A stretch of DNA of 64,000 nt from an uncultured Pyrinomonadaceae bacterium (lineage in GTDB: Bacteria > Acidobacteriota > Blastocatellia > Pyrinomonadales > Pyrinomonadaceae): NCBI GenBank assembly GCA_964235785.1, contig CAXSBF010000002.1:201061-265060 (forward strand), read 5' to 3'. The notes beneath the pieces are model-generated. The model saw only the letters and a program-made list of their open reading frames with translations, searched no databases and was not told the origin of the DNA. This document shows positions 43,998-54,238 of this stretch, one piece after another. The translations under genes were made by a program, and so were the position numbers. The stretch's first letter is position 1, and each line of letters begins with the position of its first letter.

Positions 43998-44132
43998 CGG
44001 GAACGCAGGCATCTTGCCTGCAATGCGCCCGCACAGGGCGCAAAAGCACTTTTTATTTCAAGCGCTACGATTGTTGCAGATAAAACTTTTCGCGCTCGCA
44101 CGCTCAGCGCAGGCAGGATGCCTGCGCTCCCG
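43998..44132. repeat. Structured spacer: inverted copies of a GCAGGCA-NNN-TGCCTGC mini-hairpin module
   Basis: CGGGAACGCAGGCATCTTGCCTGC (43998-44021) versus GCAGGCAGGATGCCTGCGCTCCCG (44109-44132), about 22/24 complementary. Each contains its own 7-bp palindrome; a further hairpin GCGCCC-GCACA-GGGCGC lies between them. Confidence 0.8.
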
Positions 44133-44139
44133 ACGATTG

Positions 44140-45702
44140 TTAAAGCGGAATGTTCCCGTGTTTTTTCGGCGGGTTTGTATCGCGTTTGTTTTGCAACAAG
44201 GACAAGGCGCGAATCAATTTCGGGCGTGTGCAAGCCGGTTCAATAATTTCGTCAATAAAACCTTTTTCGGCGGCGATATACGGATTGGCAAACTTTTCTT
44301 CAAATTCCGACACTTTGTTTTTACGATATTCGTCGCTGTTTTGCGCTTCGGAAATTTCCTTTCGATACAAAACGCCGACCGCGCCTTCCGCCCCCATCAC
44401 GGCAATTTCCGCCGTCGGATAGGCAAAATTGATGTCGGTGCGAATGTGTTTTGAAGCCATCACGCAATATGCGCCGCCGTATGCTTTGCGGGTGATAACC
44501 GTGATTTTCGGAACGGTCGCTTCGGCAAACGCATAGAGCAGTTTCGCGCCGTGTCTGATAATTCCGAGATGTTCCTGGTTGACGCCGGGCAGAAATCCGG
44601 GAACGTCTTCAAAAGTAATCAGAGGAATGTTAAAGCAATCGCAAAACCTGACGAATCTGGCGGCTTTCACCGATGCGTCGATGTCCAAAACGCCTGCTAA
44701 AAATGCCGGTTGGTTGGCGACGATTCCGACCGAAAATCCGCCGAGTCGTGCAAAACCGATGACGATATTCGGCGCGTAGTGTTCCTGAACTTCAAAAAAA
44801 TAATTGTCGTCGGCGACTGAATGAATAATATCGCGGATGTCGTAGGGCTGTGTTGAGATTTCGGGAACAATCGAGTTCAGTTTTGAATCCGTCCGATTTG
44901 CGGCATCATTTGTAGGCACAAACGGCGGACTTTCCATATTGTTGGAAGGGCAAAACGACAAAAGCTCTCTGGTCAAACGCAAACAATGCTCGTCCGAATC
45001 AGCCGCGAAATGCGCGACGCCGGATTTTGAATTGTGCGTCATCGCGCCGCCGAGTTCGTCTTTGGTAACTTCTTCGTGCGTCACGGTTTTTATCACGTCC
45101 GGTCCGGTGATAAACATATAAGAAGTGTCCTTCACCATTATATTAAAATCGGTAATCGCCGGAGAATAAACCGCGCCGCCCGCGCAAGGTCCCAAAATAC
45201 AACTGATTTGCGGAACAACGCCGCTTGCCAGCGTGTTTCGCAAAAAAATGTCGGCGTAACCGCCCAATGAAACGACGCCTTCCTGAATTCGCGCGCCGCC
45301 GGAATCGTTCAAACCGATAATCGGCGCGCCGGTCTTCATTGCCATATCCATTACTTTACAGATTTTTTGCGCGTGCGTTTCCGACAGAGACCCGCCGAAA
45401 ACAGTAAAATCCTGCGCGAAAACAAACACTTCGCGCCCGTCAACCAAACCGTGTCCGGTGATTACGCCGTCGCCCGGAAACTTCTGTTTTTCCAACCCGA
45501 AATCGGTCGAGCGATGAACGACAAACTTATCGAATTCTTCAAACGAGTTTTCATCCAAAAAAAACTCGATGCGTTCACGCGCCGTCATTTTTCCGGTCGA
45601 GCGTTGTTTTTCGAGCCGCGCCGCGCCGCCGCCTTGTTCGGCAAGACAGGATTTTTCTTTCAGACGTTCGAGCTTGTTCATTGTTTGGGGCTTGGTTTTC
45701 AT
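44140..45702 (-). CDS. Acyl-CoA carboxylase carboxyltransferase beta subunit (propionyl-/methylmalonyl-CoA type)
   Basis: 520 aa with two crotonase-like halves; motifs [32 protein letters not shown]. Confidence 0.92.
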   Translation of the reverse strand: MKTKPQTMNKLERLKEKSCLAEQGGGAARLEKQRSTGKMTARERIEFFLDENSFEEFDKFVVHRSTDFGLEKQKFPGDGVITGHGLVDGREVFVFAQDFTVFGGSLSETHAQKICKVMDMAMKTGAPIIGLNDSGGARIQEGVVSLGGYADIFLRNTLASGVVPQISCILGPCAGGAVYSPAITDFNIMVKDTSYMFITGPDVIKTVTHEEVTKDELGGAMTHNSKSGVAHFAADSDEHCLRLTRELLSFCPSNNMESPPFVPTNDAANRTDSKLNSIVPEISTQPYDIRDIIHSVADDNYFFEVQEHYAPNIVIGFARLGGFSVGIVANQPAFLAGVLDIDASVKAARFVRFCDCFNIPLITFEDVPGFLPGVNQEHLGIIRHGAKLLYAFAEATVPKITVITRKAYGGAYCVMASKHIRTDINFAYPTAEIAVMGAEGAVGVLYRKEISEAQNSDEYRKNKVSEFEEKFANPYIAAEKGFIDEIIEPACTRPKLIRALSLLQNKRDTNPPKKHGNIPL

Positions 45703-45773
45703 TGTGAAAAATAGTTTAGCGAGTTTGCGGTTTTTTGCAAAACCGCGCGTTTGTAAATAAGCGATGACAAAAT

Positions 45774-46379
45774 TTAGAAATTATAAACTTCCTGTTCGAT
45801 TTGCGGCAGAATTCTATCGCGCAATCTTTTAACGAACAAAGCCGCCTGGCGCAATTCAATATTCGTATCGGAAAGATTTTGATTGATTTGAGCATAAAGC
45901 TGCCGCAGGCTCAATCGTTCGGCTTCGAGAGTTTTGCGGCGGCTTTCCCGATACTCCTCGGTTCTCGTCGTTCCGAGCAAAGCCACGATTCGGTCAATGC
46001 CTTCCGGCGTAATTTCCTGCTCGACTTGCGCCAGACGGGTTCTTGTATTTGCCTGTTTGTCGGTTAATTCTATTTGAAATTTTTGCAAAATCTGAAGTCG
46101 TTCCTCGGCTTTGTTAAGAATTTCAAATGCCATCAAAAGATTCTGCTGCTTTTCGCTAAATTTATTACCTTGCGGCAGACGTTCGAGAAATGCCGCGAAA
46201 TTTTTGTTGAAGGTTTGCAGCGATTTTGAAACTTTCACGAGTTCAGCCGATATATTCTCGACCGCGTTCGGCGATTGATTTAATTGTTCGGGTTGTGTAA
46301 TCGATTGATTATTTTGGGCAGAAATCCGAATTGAAGAAAATAACGCAAACGCAAAAAACAATAATAGTTTCGTCTTCAT
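45774..46379 (-). CDS. Secreted coiled-coil hypothetical protein
   Basis: Signal peptide [22 protein letters not shown]; the remainder is heptad-rich and Gln/Leu/Glu/Arg-rich. Confidence 0.55.
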   Translation of the reverse strand: MKTKLLLFFAFALFSSIRISAQNNQSITQPEQLNQSPNAVENISAELVKVSKSLQTFNKNFAAFLERLPQGNKFSEKQQNLLMAFEILNKAEERLQILQKFQIELTDKQANTRTRLAQVEQEITPEGIDRIVALLGTTRTEEYRESRRKTLEAERLSLRQLYAQINQNLSDTNIELRQAALFVKRLRDRILPQIEQEVYNF

Positions 46380-46639
46380 AAAACTTGCTCCTTTTTTCTT
46401 TGGATAATTGGCAAATCTACGGTTCGTAATGATTTTCGCTCCAAATATAGCATCTTCGGCGGAAACAATAAAATTTTTATCAAACGATTGTTTTCTTTAT
46501 AAAACAAAGGCAGGCAGATGAGTTTTAGATTACAAAGAAACGGCTGGAAATAGCCGGACAAAATAATAGAAATATTACCGAACGGTAACAATCCACAAAG
46601 ATTTAGAAAAATAGATTTTTAGCGGGCTTGATTTTTTTA

Positions 46640-46682
46640 CAATAAAAAGCCGCGCCCAATTGCAAGAGCAATCGGGCGCGGC
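46640..46682 (-). terminator. Rho-independent terminator of the 1146-aa gene
   Basis: GC-rich stem GCCGCGCCCAATTGC / GCAATCGGGCGCGGC (one bulge), followed on the minus strand by a T-run. Confidence 0.8.
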
Positions 46683-46698
46683 AATCAATTACACGCTT

Positions 46699-49600
46699 CT
46701 AGTGCTTGTCGTAATTGGCAATCGGAAAGTCTCCGTTTTGCCCGAACTGCGTCTGCGTCGTAACGTTATCCGAGCTGCGAATGACATAGAATATTCCATT
46801 CGTCGGATCCCAGACCGCAATGTCCGTTTTGCCGTCGCCGTCATAATCGGCTTGTGCCGTAAGATGAGGAGGCGTTCCGAATTGCACGGAGCGGAAGGCA
46901 AAAGTTTTGCTGCCCAGAATATACCAGGTATAAGGCGGTCCGTTGCGAACAACGGCAAAGTCATAGCTTCCGTCGTTATCGTAATCGCCCGGCACGATTA
47001 AATCGCTTCCCAATCCAAACTGGATGGAGAAGAATCCGAGTGTCGAGCGCTGCACATAGAAAGTTGCCGGTCCGGTTCTGTCCGCGCCGCTTCCGCGATA
47101 GACGGCTAAATCAAACTTGCGGTCGCCGTCGTAATCGCCGGGGGCAACCTTGTCGGTATCCAGTCCGAACTGCGTTCCACTGAATGTGAAATTGTTGCTC
47201 GTCAGAATAAACCAAAACATCTGTCCGCCGGTTCGTCTGACAACCGCGAAATCAGTGCGTAGGTCGCCGTTGTAGTCACGAGCGACGGGTTCGTCGCCGT
47301 TTTGCCCGAATTGAACAGATTGGAACGTGCTGTCGGCGCTTCTGAGAACAAAGAATGTTCCGTTTGAAGGACGCCAGACCGCAATATCGTCACGTTTGTC
47401 CCCGTCATAATCGCCCGGCACTTTAAAGTCATCGGCTAATCCGAACTGAACGGCGAGAAAACCGTTGTCCGAACTTCTGCGGATAAACCAATTATTTATA
47501 CCCGGACGGAAGACCGCATAATCAGACTTTCCGTCGCCGTCAAAATCGAGGATTTTGCGCGGAGTCGGAGTCGGACTCGGTGAAACCGTCGGCGTCGGTG
47601 TTGCGGTCGGAGTTGCGGTCGGCGTCGCCGTTGGAGTTAAAGTTGGAGTTGCCGTCGGTGTAGGGCTAACTGTCGGCGTAACCGTCGGGCTGGGCGTCCC
47701 TGATGGCGTTATCGTCGGAGTTGCCGTTGGCGTCGCTGTCGGTGTAGCGGTTGGAGTTGCCGTCGCCGTCGGAGTTGCCGTTGGTGTCAGCGTCGCTGTC
47801 GGAGTTGCGGTTGGTGTTGCCGTCGCCGTTGGAGTCGGTAATGCCGTTGGCGTTGCGGTTGGCGTCGCCGTCGGTGTGGCGGTTGGTGTCGGAGTCGCAG
47901 TTGCGGTCGCCGTCGGCGTCGGCGAAGCGCCGGTAGTTGTGATTATCAGCGAATATCCACCCATTATATTCCCTGAGTCTGTGCTGACATTATCGACTAC
48001 ATACAAACTCCATACTCCGTTCGGATTGGTTCCGCCGAAAATTCCGTTCAAAGTTGAACTGCCGGTCGGCGCAGGCTCGCCGTAACTTCCGGGCGGCTGC
48101 GGCGCGGGCGCCGGAAATGTATCAAGCGGGCTGCCGTTAAATAGACGGCTCGTGGGTTGATACGTACCGCTCGGAATGCTTGCCGAGCCGGCGTCGCAGG
48201 GAACCAGATTGACCGCCTGGTCGTCAAAGGTAACGACTAAACTGAAAACAGGTACTTCATCGCCGCAATTAGACAACAGAACAAATCTTCTGTTTGTATC
48301 CGGAGCGACAAGAAGTATTCCGATGTCACCAATGGATGTATGGTTCAAACCGTTCAGTCTGACATTTAGGTCGGAAACAGTGCCGACCAGACCGGAAACC
48401 GTGATGTTCGACGGATACGGATTGGCTGCCGAGGCGTCAGGGATATTTATTTGCGCCGTGTTCTGAAATGTGACCGGCGGTCCGTTTGGCGGCGGCGTCG
48501 GCGTCGCTGTCGGTGTCGGCGTCGCCGTTGGAGTAGGTGTCGCCGTCGGCGTCGGTGTTGCCGTCGGCGTCGGTGTTGCTGTTGCCGTCGCTGTTGCCGT
48601 TGGCGTCGGACTTGGCGTTATCGTTGGAGTTGCGGTCGGCGTCGCTGTCGGCGTTAATGTTGGTGTTGCCGTCGGCGTTGCAGTTGCAGTCGGAGTCGGT
48701 GACGGGGTAATGCCCGAAGTTGTGATTGTCAGCGAATATCCGCCTGAGATGACTCCAAAGTCGTCGACAAAATTGTCGATTACATACAAACTCCATACTC
48801 CGTTCGGATTGGTTCCGCCGAAAATTCCGTTCAAAGTTGAATTGCCGGTCGGCGCAGGCTCGCCGTAACTTCCGGGCGGCTGCGGCGCAGGGAACGGGAA
48901 CGGATCAAGCGGGTCTATAGTATTGCCGTCATTAAAAGGCTGGCTTGTCGGTCGATACGAACCGCTTGGAATAGGTGTTCGATTACCCGATGCGCCCAAA
49001 TTGCAGGGAACGAGAGTTGCGGCTTGGTCGTCAAAAGTAACGGTTATGTTTGTGGCGGTTACAAAGTTGCCGCAATCAGACAACAAAATCATTCTTCTGT
49101 TTGTGTCAGGCGACACCAAAAGTAAAGATACATCGTTTAAATAAGTATGCGATAAACCGTTCAATGTAACATTTATGTCGGAAACCGCTCCGGTCAGACC
49201 GGAAACCGTGATATTCGACGGATACGGACTGGCTGCCGCGGAATCGTTGATTTGTATTTGAGCCGAATTGGTAAAGGTGGTTCCCCCTGACGGGGTTGGT
49301 GTAGTAGTTGGTGTCGCTGTCGGTGTCACTGTTGGTGTCGCTGTTGGGGTTGTAGTTGCAGTCGGAGTGACAGTCGGCGTGGCTGTTGGTGAACCTGTCG
49401 GCGTCGGAGAGGGTGTTGGTGTTGCTGTCGGTGAAACTGTCGGCGTTGCCGTGGGTGTCGCCGTCGGTGTCACGGTCGCCGTTGCTGTCGCCGTCGGAGT
49501 TGGTGTTGCGGCGCTAGCCGCCGTTGTGATTGTTAGCGTCCAGCCCTCTGAGATAACTCCAGAGTCATTCGCGGAGAAATCTCCCACATATAATTTCCAA

Positions 49601-50139
49601 ACGCCGTTCGGATTTGTTCCGCCGAAGGTCGAACTGAAGGTGGCTGTTCCGCCGTCTTTCGGTCCGGGATTGTTATAAGACAGTAGCGCTCCATTCGATG
49701 GAAAGCCATCGCTGAAATAATTTGTAGGCTTGTAAGTTGTTCCGTTAACCAAAGGTGCGTCAGCCGGCATTTGTGCCGCGCCCGAATCACTGATGGTATA
49801 GGTCAGGTTGACAGCCGGATAAGCAGTGAAAATAGGGGACTGTGTAGCTCCATCCTGAATCATCAATCTGACTCCGGTCGGACCCTCCAAAAGGATGGCG
49901 ACGTCAGCTGGGAAGGTGTGACTGAAATTGTTTATTTTGACCTGCACGCTGCCCGGCGTGTTGGAAATTGTTCCGGTCAGCCCCGAAACCGTATTGTTCG
50001 AAGTTTGATACGGAGTGGTTTGAGTCGCGTCATTGATAGTTATCGACTGAGAATTGGTAAAACTTGTTTGCGCGAAAGCCGCGACGGTGAAAACAGCCAA
50101 AATCAAAATTAAACTGTTGAAAAAAGATAAAACTTTCAT
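46699..50139 (-). CDS. Large secreted protein: three proprotein-convertase P-domain-like modules, Thr/Pro linkers, C-terminal six-repeat FG-GAP/VCBS-like module
   Basis: Signal peptide. A module occurs three times with I.D......PY.S.ITVSGL.G.VSD.NV.LNGL.HT...D...LLV.PD..R...L and [13 protein letters not shown]...D.G.I.GGYSL.ITT (P-domain signature). TPTATPTP linkers; six DYDGD-type repeats at the C-terminus. Confidence 0.85.
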   Translation of the reverse strand: MKVLSFFNSLILILAVFTVAAFAQTSFTNSQSITINDATQTTPYQTSNNTVSGLTGTISNTPGSVQVKINNFSHTFPADVAILLEGPTGVRLMIQDGATQSPIFTAYPAVNLTYTISDSGAAQMPADAPLVNGTTYKPTNYFSDGFPSNGALLSYNNPGPKDGGTATFSSTFGGTNPNGVWKLYVGDFSANDSGVISEGWTLTITTAASAATPTPTATATATVTPTATPTATPTVSPTATPTPSPTPTGSPTATPTVTPTATTTPTATPTVTPTATPTTTPTPSGGTTFTNSAQIQINDSAAASPYPSNITVSGLTGAVSDINVTLNGLSHTYLNDVSLLLVSPDTNRRMILLSDCGNFVTATNITVTFDDQAATLVPCNLGASGNRTPIPSGSYRPTSQPFNDGNTIDPLDPFPFPAPQPPGSYGEPAPTGNSTLNGIFGGTNPNGVWSLYVIDNFVDDFGVISGGYSLTITTSGITPSPTPTATATPTATPTLTPTATPTATPTITPSPTPTATATATATPTPTATPTPTATPTPTATPTPTATPTPPPNGPPVTFQNTAQINIPDASAANPYPSNITVSGLVGTVSDLNVRLNGLNHTSIGDIGILLVAPDTNRRFVLLSNCGDEVPVFSLVVTFDDQAVNLVPCDAGSASIPSGTYQPTSRLFNGSPLDTFPAPAPQPPGSYGEPAPTGSSTLNGIFGGTNPNGVWSLYVVDNVSTDSGNIMGGYSLIITTTGASPTPTATATATPTPTATPTATPTATPTALPTPTATATPTATPTATLTPTATPTATATPTATPTATPTATPTITPSGTPSPTVTPTVSPTPTATPTLTPTATPTATPTATPTPTVSPSPTPTPRKILDFDGDGKSDYAVFRPGINNWFIRRSSDNGFLAVQFGLADDFKVPGDYDGDKRDDIAVWRPSNGTFFVLRSADSTFQSVQFGQNGDEPVARDYNGDLRTDFAVVRRTGGQMFWFILTSNNFTFSGTQFGLDTDKVAPGDYDGDRKFDLAVYRGSGADRTGPATFYVQRSTLGFFSIQFGLGSDLIVPGDYDNDGSYDFAVVRNGPPYTWYILGSKTFAFRSVQFGTPPHLTAQADYDGDGKTDIAVWDPTNGIFYVIRSSDNVTTQTQFGQNGDFPIANYDKH
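47560..47930. repeat. Low-complexity Thr/Pro/Ala linker-coding repeat 3
   Basis: Long run of GTCGG/GTTGG/GCGTC 6-12-nt periodic units (minus-strand ACN CCN GCN codons). Confidence 0.85.
48490..48705. repeat. Low-complexity Thr/Pro/Ala linker-coding repeat 2
   Basis: Same periodic composition as 47560-47930. Confidence 0.85.
49290..49520. repeat. Low-complexity Thr/Pro/Ala linker-coding repeat 1
   Basis: Same periodic composition as 47560-47930. Confidence 0.85.
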
Positions 50140-50875
50140 ACTTCCTCCTAGAAAAGTAAAACAAAAAATATATCAGCACAGAACTTTCGTTAAAGTAATT
50201 AACCTTGTCTTCCAACGGAAGTTTTAAAGAATAAATGATAATTTTTAAGAAATTCCTTTTCATCAATTACTTTGCCGGGCAAAATGACACGATTGATGTA
50301 TTCGGATTTCAAATAAAACTTCATTCTGAAATGTCGTAATTTAGCTACATTTTTTCACGTGGGTAGCATTTTTAATTGTTATAGAGTCAAAAGATATTAT
50401 TCGGCACGATTCACACTTCACACATTGCCTTAAGTTCTTGCTTTGTTTATTAAGTTTCCTGCCTCGGCTATCAATAATGTTTGGGAGATATTTTTAGCTT
50501 TGCATCCGAATCCGCAACGCATTTAGATGTTATGTCTAATTCCTTAACAATATGTTTGTATCGCGCTCTTGTTATGTTTGTTTTGTTTAAAATTATCCAG
50601 AGTATACTAGGACTGTCTGTTTTGAGCAAGTATTATTTTAAAGCAAAAGAGTAGAATGACTGAAACAAGCGGCATCCTACGTTTAATTTCCGCTTCTCCA
50701 ATCCAACCGATCCAATTTAGCACAGTTTCCACAAAATAAAAATTTCATTAGTTTTTCGGTATTTCATATCGACGATAATATCGGGTTTCAAGGTCACAGC
50801 TACGAACGATATGTTACCGTCGAACCCCTAATCACCGGAAAGAATAGTAGTTTTTTGAGGTTGCTAAAATCAGAG

Positions 50876-51367
50876 CTAAATTTTTATATCAAACGGGAAG
50901 CCGCGATTTTCGACGAGTCTGAGGATTTTTTTAAGACTATCATCAATTTGTTTCTTTATTTTTATTGAATAGTTGAATTTTTTGCAATTTTCCTCGAATT
51001 CATCCTTATCGAGTATTTCAATCGAAAAATCCTTCGTTACTAAAACATCGATATCCAAATCAATATAATCCAAAAAATTGTTTTCAAACTTTGGCGGTGT
51101 ATTTATATTACAGTAAAAATTTCGCAAGCCTCCGTCCATTTCGTGAAATCGAAAAATATTAAACCAACCGTCAAGCCAATAAAATTCGTAGCTGATTGTT
51201 CCGCGTCTGATAATGCCTAACTGAGGGTGTCTAATTTCTTTCTCAAATTCACCGACCAGCGTTAACAGCTTATCTTTTCGGCTGATAAGTTTTGCTGTCC
51301 AGGTTTTATGAATTGTGCCGTCAAACTTTCGTGAAATAATTGTTACAATATTTTGTGAATTTAACAT
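50876..51367 (-). CDS. DUF402 family protein (FomD/Ntdp-like putative nucleoside di/triphosphatase)
   Basis: WLDGWFNIFRF...FYCNINTPP...YIDLDIDVLV...ILDKDEFEE matches the DUF402 signature; codon usage is visibly AT-rich. Confidence 0.75.
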   Translation of the reverse strand: MLNSQNIVTIISRKFDGTIHKTWTAKLISRKDKLLTLVGEFEKEIRHPQLGIIRRGTISYEFYWLDGWFNIFRFHEMDGGLRNFYCNINTPPKFENNFLDYIDLDIDVLVTKDFSIEILDKDEFEENCKKFNYSIKIKKQIDDSLKKILRLVENRGFPFDIKI

Positions 51368-51543
51368 CGCTTTTAGTTGGAAAATAATTATTTTCTCTAA
51401 ATAATGAGTTTCTATAAAATCAGACTGTGTTTAGCAGACTTAAATAAAAAGATTGTCATTATTGATTGTAGATTGTTAATTCTTAAAGTCACAAAACGGG
51501 TTTAAATATAAAATTTTCAAATCAGATTCGTAAAATTTTATAA

Positions 51544-51575
51544 TAAAAAAAGGGTGTTTACGGACACCCTTTTTG
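51544..51575 (-). terminator. Bidirectional rho-independent terminator downstream of tal
   Basis: AAAAAAAGGGTGT / ACACCCTTTTT with a 6-nt loop. Confidence 0.8.
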
Positions 51576-51595
51576 CTGACGAAAAATTGCCGAGT

Positions 51596-52243
51596 TTATC
51601 TTCCGCTTTTTTTCCAATCGGATAAAAAGTTTTCCAAACCTTTGTCGGTTAACGGATGTTTGACAAGTTGCTGAATAACCTTGAAGGGAATTGTCGCAAC
51701 ATGAGCGCCGAGCAGAGCCGATTCGACAATATGCATCGGATGTCTGACGCTGGCTACCAATACTTCGGTATCGAAATTATAATTGTCATAAATTTGGACA
51801 ATATCGGCAATCAGAGACATTCCGTTTTGCCCGACATCGTCCAGCCTGCCGACAAAAGGACTGATATAAGACGCGCCTGCCTTGGCAGCTAAAAGAGCTT
51901 GCGCCGCCGAAAAGCACAGCGTAACATTCACTTTTGTTCCTTCTTCTCGAAATATTCGCGTTGCCTTCAACCCGTCTAATGTCAGCGGACATTTAACAAC
52001 CACGTTCGGTGCGATTTTTGCGAACTCCCGACCTTCCTTTAACATTCCGTCGGTATCCAGAGAGGTTACTTCAGCAGAAACATCGCCTTCGACCATTTCG
52101 CAGATTTTAGCGAGATGCTTTTTGAAATCAACTTTTCCCTCCTTTGCAACCAGCGACGGATTAGTCGTTACGCCGTCTATCAACCCCAATTCATTAGCTT
52201 CTTTTATTTCGTCTAAATTTGCCGTATCAATAAAAAATTTCAC
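51596..52243 (-). CDS. tal: Transaldolase / fructose-6-phosphate aldolase (short type 3B)
   Basis: [25 protein letters not shown] (Schiff-base Lys region), ISPFVGR. Confidence 0.92.
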   Translation of the reverse strand: MKFFIDTANLDEIKEANELGLIDGVTTNPSLVAKEGKVDFKKHLAKICEMVEGDVSAEVTSLDTDGMLKEGREFAKIAPNVVVKCPLTLDGLKATRIFREEGTKVNVTLCFSAAQALLAAKAGASYISPFVGRLDDVGQNGMSLIADIVQIYDNYNFDTEVLVASVRHPMHIVESALLGAHVATIPFKVIQQLVKHPLTDKGLENFLSDWKKSGR

Positions 52244-52344
52244 AATATTCTCCTATAATTTTACAATTTCTTCCAAATGTTTGGAAGGTGTGCAAGCTAT
52301 AAGCTACACATTATCAAACCGAGATAAATTAAAATACCGGGTCG

Positions 52345-53112
52345 CTACTTTACAGGATTTCGCAAAGTTCCGATTCCTTCAATTTCCACTTCACAAACAT
52401 CGCCAATTTCAAGTCTGGAAACCCCGGAGGGAGTTCCGGTGGCGATAACGTCGCCTGCAACCAAAGTCATCTGATTTGAAATATATCTTATCAGAAAGGG
52501 AACCGGGAAAACCATCTGCGAGGTTCGTCCGGCTTGTTTGATTATGCCGTTGACCTTTGTGGTAATAGCTATATCCGATACATCCAATTGAGTTTCAATC
52601 AAAGAACCGATTGGACAAAATGTATCGAATGATTTGGCGCGGGTGAACTGTATGTCTTTTCGCTGTAAATCTCTAGCCGTTACGTCATTAAGACAGGCGT
52701 AGCCGAAAATGTAATCGAACGGATTGTCATCCTCGGTTAAATTCCTGCAATTTCTACCGATAACAATTGCCAATTCTCCTTCGTGTTCGACTTGGCTCGA
52801 TTGTTTCGGGATTATTATTGCATCTCCGTCGGTAATCAAACTTGAAGGCGCTTTTAGAAAAAGAAGCGGCTGCGTCGGAACTGCATTACCAAGCTCCGCC
52901 GCGTGTTCGGCATAATTCCGACCGACACAGACAATTTTTGAAGGCATAACAGGCGGTAGAAAATTTACATCTTCACTTTTTATAAATTTACTTTGATTTA
53001 TAAAAGCAGAAAGGTCAGCTACAAAATTGAAGTTTTCAAAAGGGTAAATCAGGTCATCCCTTAAAACTCCGTAACTCGTTTGACTATCAAAACTGAAACG
53101 GCAAATTTTCAT
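52345..53112 (-). CDS. Fumarylacetoacetate hydrolase (FAH) family protein
   Basis: KIVCVGRNYAEHAAE, HEGELA.VIG, DVTARDLQ, GD.I.TGTPSGV. Confidence 0.88.
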   Translation of the reverse strand: MKICRFSFDSQTSYGVLRDDLIYPFENFNFVADLSAFINQSKFIKSEDVNFLPPVMPSKIVCVGRNYAEHAAELGNAVPTQPLLFLKAPSSLITDGDAIIIPKQSSQVEHEGELAIVIGRNCRNLTEDDNPFDYIFGYACLNDVTARDLQRKDIQFTRAKSFDTFCPIGSLIETQLDVSDIAITTKVNGIIKQAGRTSQMVFPVPFLIRYISNQMTLVAGDVIATGTPSGVSRLEIGDVCEVEIEGIGTLRNPVK

Positions 53113-53117
53113 ATTTT

Positions 53118-54218
53118 TTATGGAGCGGTTTCAGAAATAATCTCCGAAGGTTCGCTTAGATTTCCACTGGTATCGATAGCTTTCAAGTAGTAATAATAAG
53201 TTCTACCCGACTCAATTTTAGTGTCTCGAAATGTGTTTGTCTTGATCGGCTCAGCGGTCAAAAGAGTCCAATCCGATTTTTTTGGATTCGGATTCGTAGA
53301 ACGATAGATAAGATAACCGGCAATGTCTCTCTCAGGGTTAACGGCAAAGAAGATTGACAGATTATTTGGAGCCGCGGCAATTGTTATTGCGCTCGGCGGA
53401 CTCGGAGCGAAAATGTCTTTCGGCAAAACTTCAATTGCATCAGAGCTAAGACTTTCAATCGGTTCTCCGTTACTGCCGAGCGAAACAGCGCGGACACTGT
53501 ATTTATAGTTTGTTCCGAATTCAAAGGATTTATCAAGAAATTCCGTATTGGTAATTGGAGCGAGGTTTTTTAGTTTCAATTCCGTTCGTTCAGTTGAAAC
53601 ATAGATATTATAACCTAAAATATTAGCGGGTTTTGAACCGTCCACATTCGTCGCGGGAGCATCCCAGTTTAATCGAATGGCTGTTTCTAAAATTTCAGCT
53701 TTGAGATTAAACGGCTTGCCGGCAACCTTGGATGTCGGCTCAATTAAGAGAACATTAGAAAAAGCAGCCTTTTGTCCCGAACTATTAACAAACCGAACAG
53801 CATAGCGAAGACGCGCATCCTGACCGGCAAATTCTAAAGTATCCGAATAAGTTAACAATTTCTGTGCAAAATCAGTATCAGAAACCGGAACCGACGCAAT
53901 TAGTGTGCTGCGGGAAGCAAAATTTTCTTCCGTCAGAGATAAAGTAGTCCCGATTGGCTCAATCAGTCGATAAATATCCACGCGTTCGATATTTAAGTTG
54001 CTCCCGCCGCCGGCATTTCGGGCAGGCATAATCCAGGATAAAATTACAAAATTACCCTTTTGGCTGCCGCTGATCTCGGCTCTTTGCTGAACTCTCTCGA
54101 CTGGTGGAAGCGGGATGCCTCTTTTTCCACAGTTTAAGCCGAAAAGCGACGTAAGCATTATAAACGCTAATAGTGCTTTTTTAAATCCCCGACTGTTTAA
54201 GATTTTTCCGTTAAGCAT
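53118..54218 (-). CDS. Exported (possibly lipoprotein) protein with fibronectin type III-like domains
   Basis: N-terminal hydrophobic segment ending LNCG. Repeated Fn3-like units (LNWDAPATNVDG...GYNIYVS; IAGYLIYRS...YYYYLKAIDTSGN). Confidence 0.65.
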   Translation of the reverse strand: MLNGKILNSRGFKKALLAFIMLTSLFGLNCGKRGIPLPPVERVQQRAEISGSQKGNFVILSWIMPARNAGGGSNLNIERVDIYRLIEPIGTTLSLTEENFASRSTLIASVPVSDTDFAQKLLTYSDTLEFAGQDARLRYAVRFVNSSGQKAAFSNVLLIEPTSKVAGKPFNLKAEILETAIRLNWDAPATNVDGSKPANILGYNIYVSTERTELKLKNLAPITNTEFLDKSFEFGTNYKYSVRAVSLGSNGEPIESLSSDAIEVLPKDIFAPSPPSAITIAAAPNNLSIFFAVNPERDIAGYLIYRSTNPNPKKSDWTLLTAEPIKTNTFRDTKIESGRTYYYYLKAIDTSGNLSEPSEIISETAP

Positions 54219-54238
54219 ATCGTTTAATGCCGCTTAAG

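Noticed and set aside
43937-44454. 98-aa minus-strand and 146-aa plus-strand ORFs in and around the alr-carboxyltransferase spacer
   Set aside because: They run through the GC-rich inverted repeats and into the antisense of the carboxyltransferase gene. They have no start context or motifs, so I treat the region as non-coding structured DNA or RNA.
47555-48085. Gly/Val-rich plus-strand ORFs (also 48470-48868, 49268-49678)
   Set aside because: They are the reverse-complement reading of the Thr/Pro/Ala linker codons of the 1146-aa minus-strand gene, so they are not independent genes.
47560-49520. Possible CRISPR-like periodicity in the repetitive GTCGG/GTTGC tracts
   Set aside because: The units are 6-12 nt with no repeat-spacer organisation. 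The tracts lie in frame inside a coding sequence, and there are no cas genes in the window.
50817-50828. Minus-strand GGGGTTCGACGG, reminiscent of the tmRNA 5' end
   Set aside because: Within 300-400 nt downstream on that strand I found no tRNA-like acceptor or T-arm (GGTTCGA...CCA) and no tag reading frame ending in ...AA-stop. The evidence is insufficient for ssrA.
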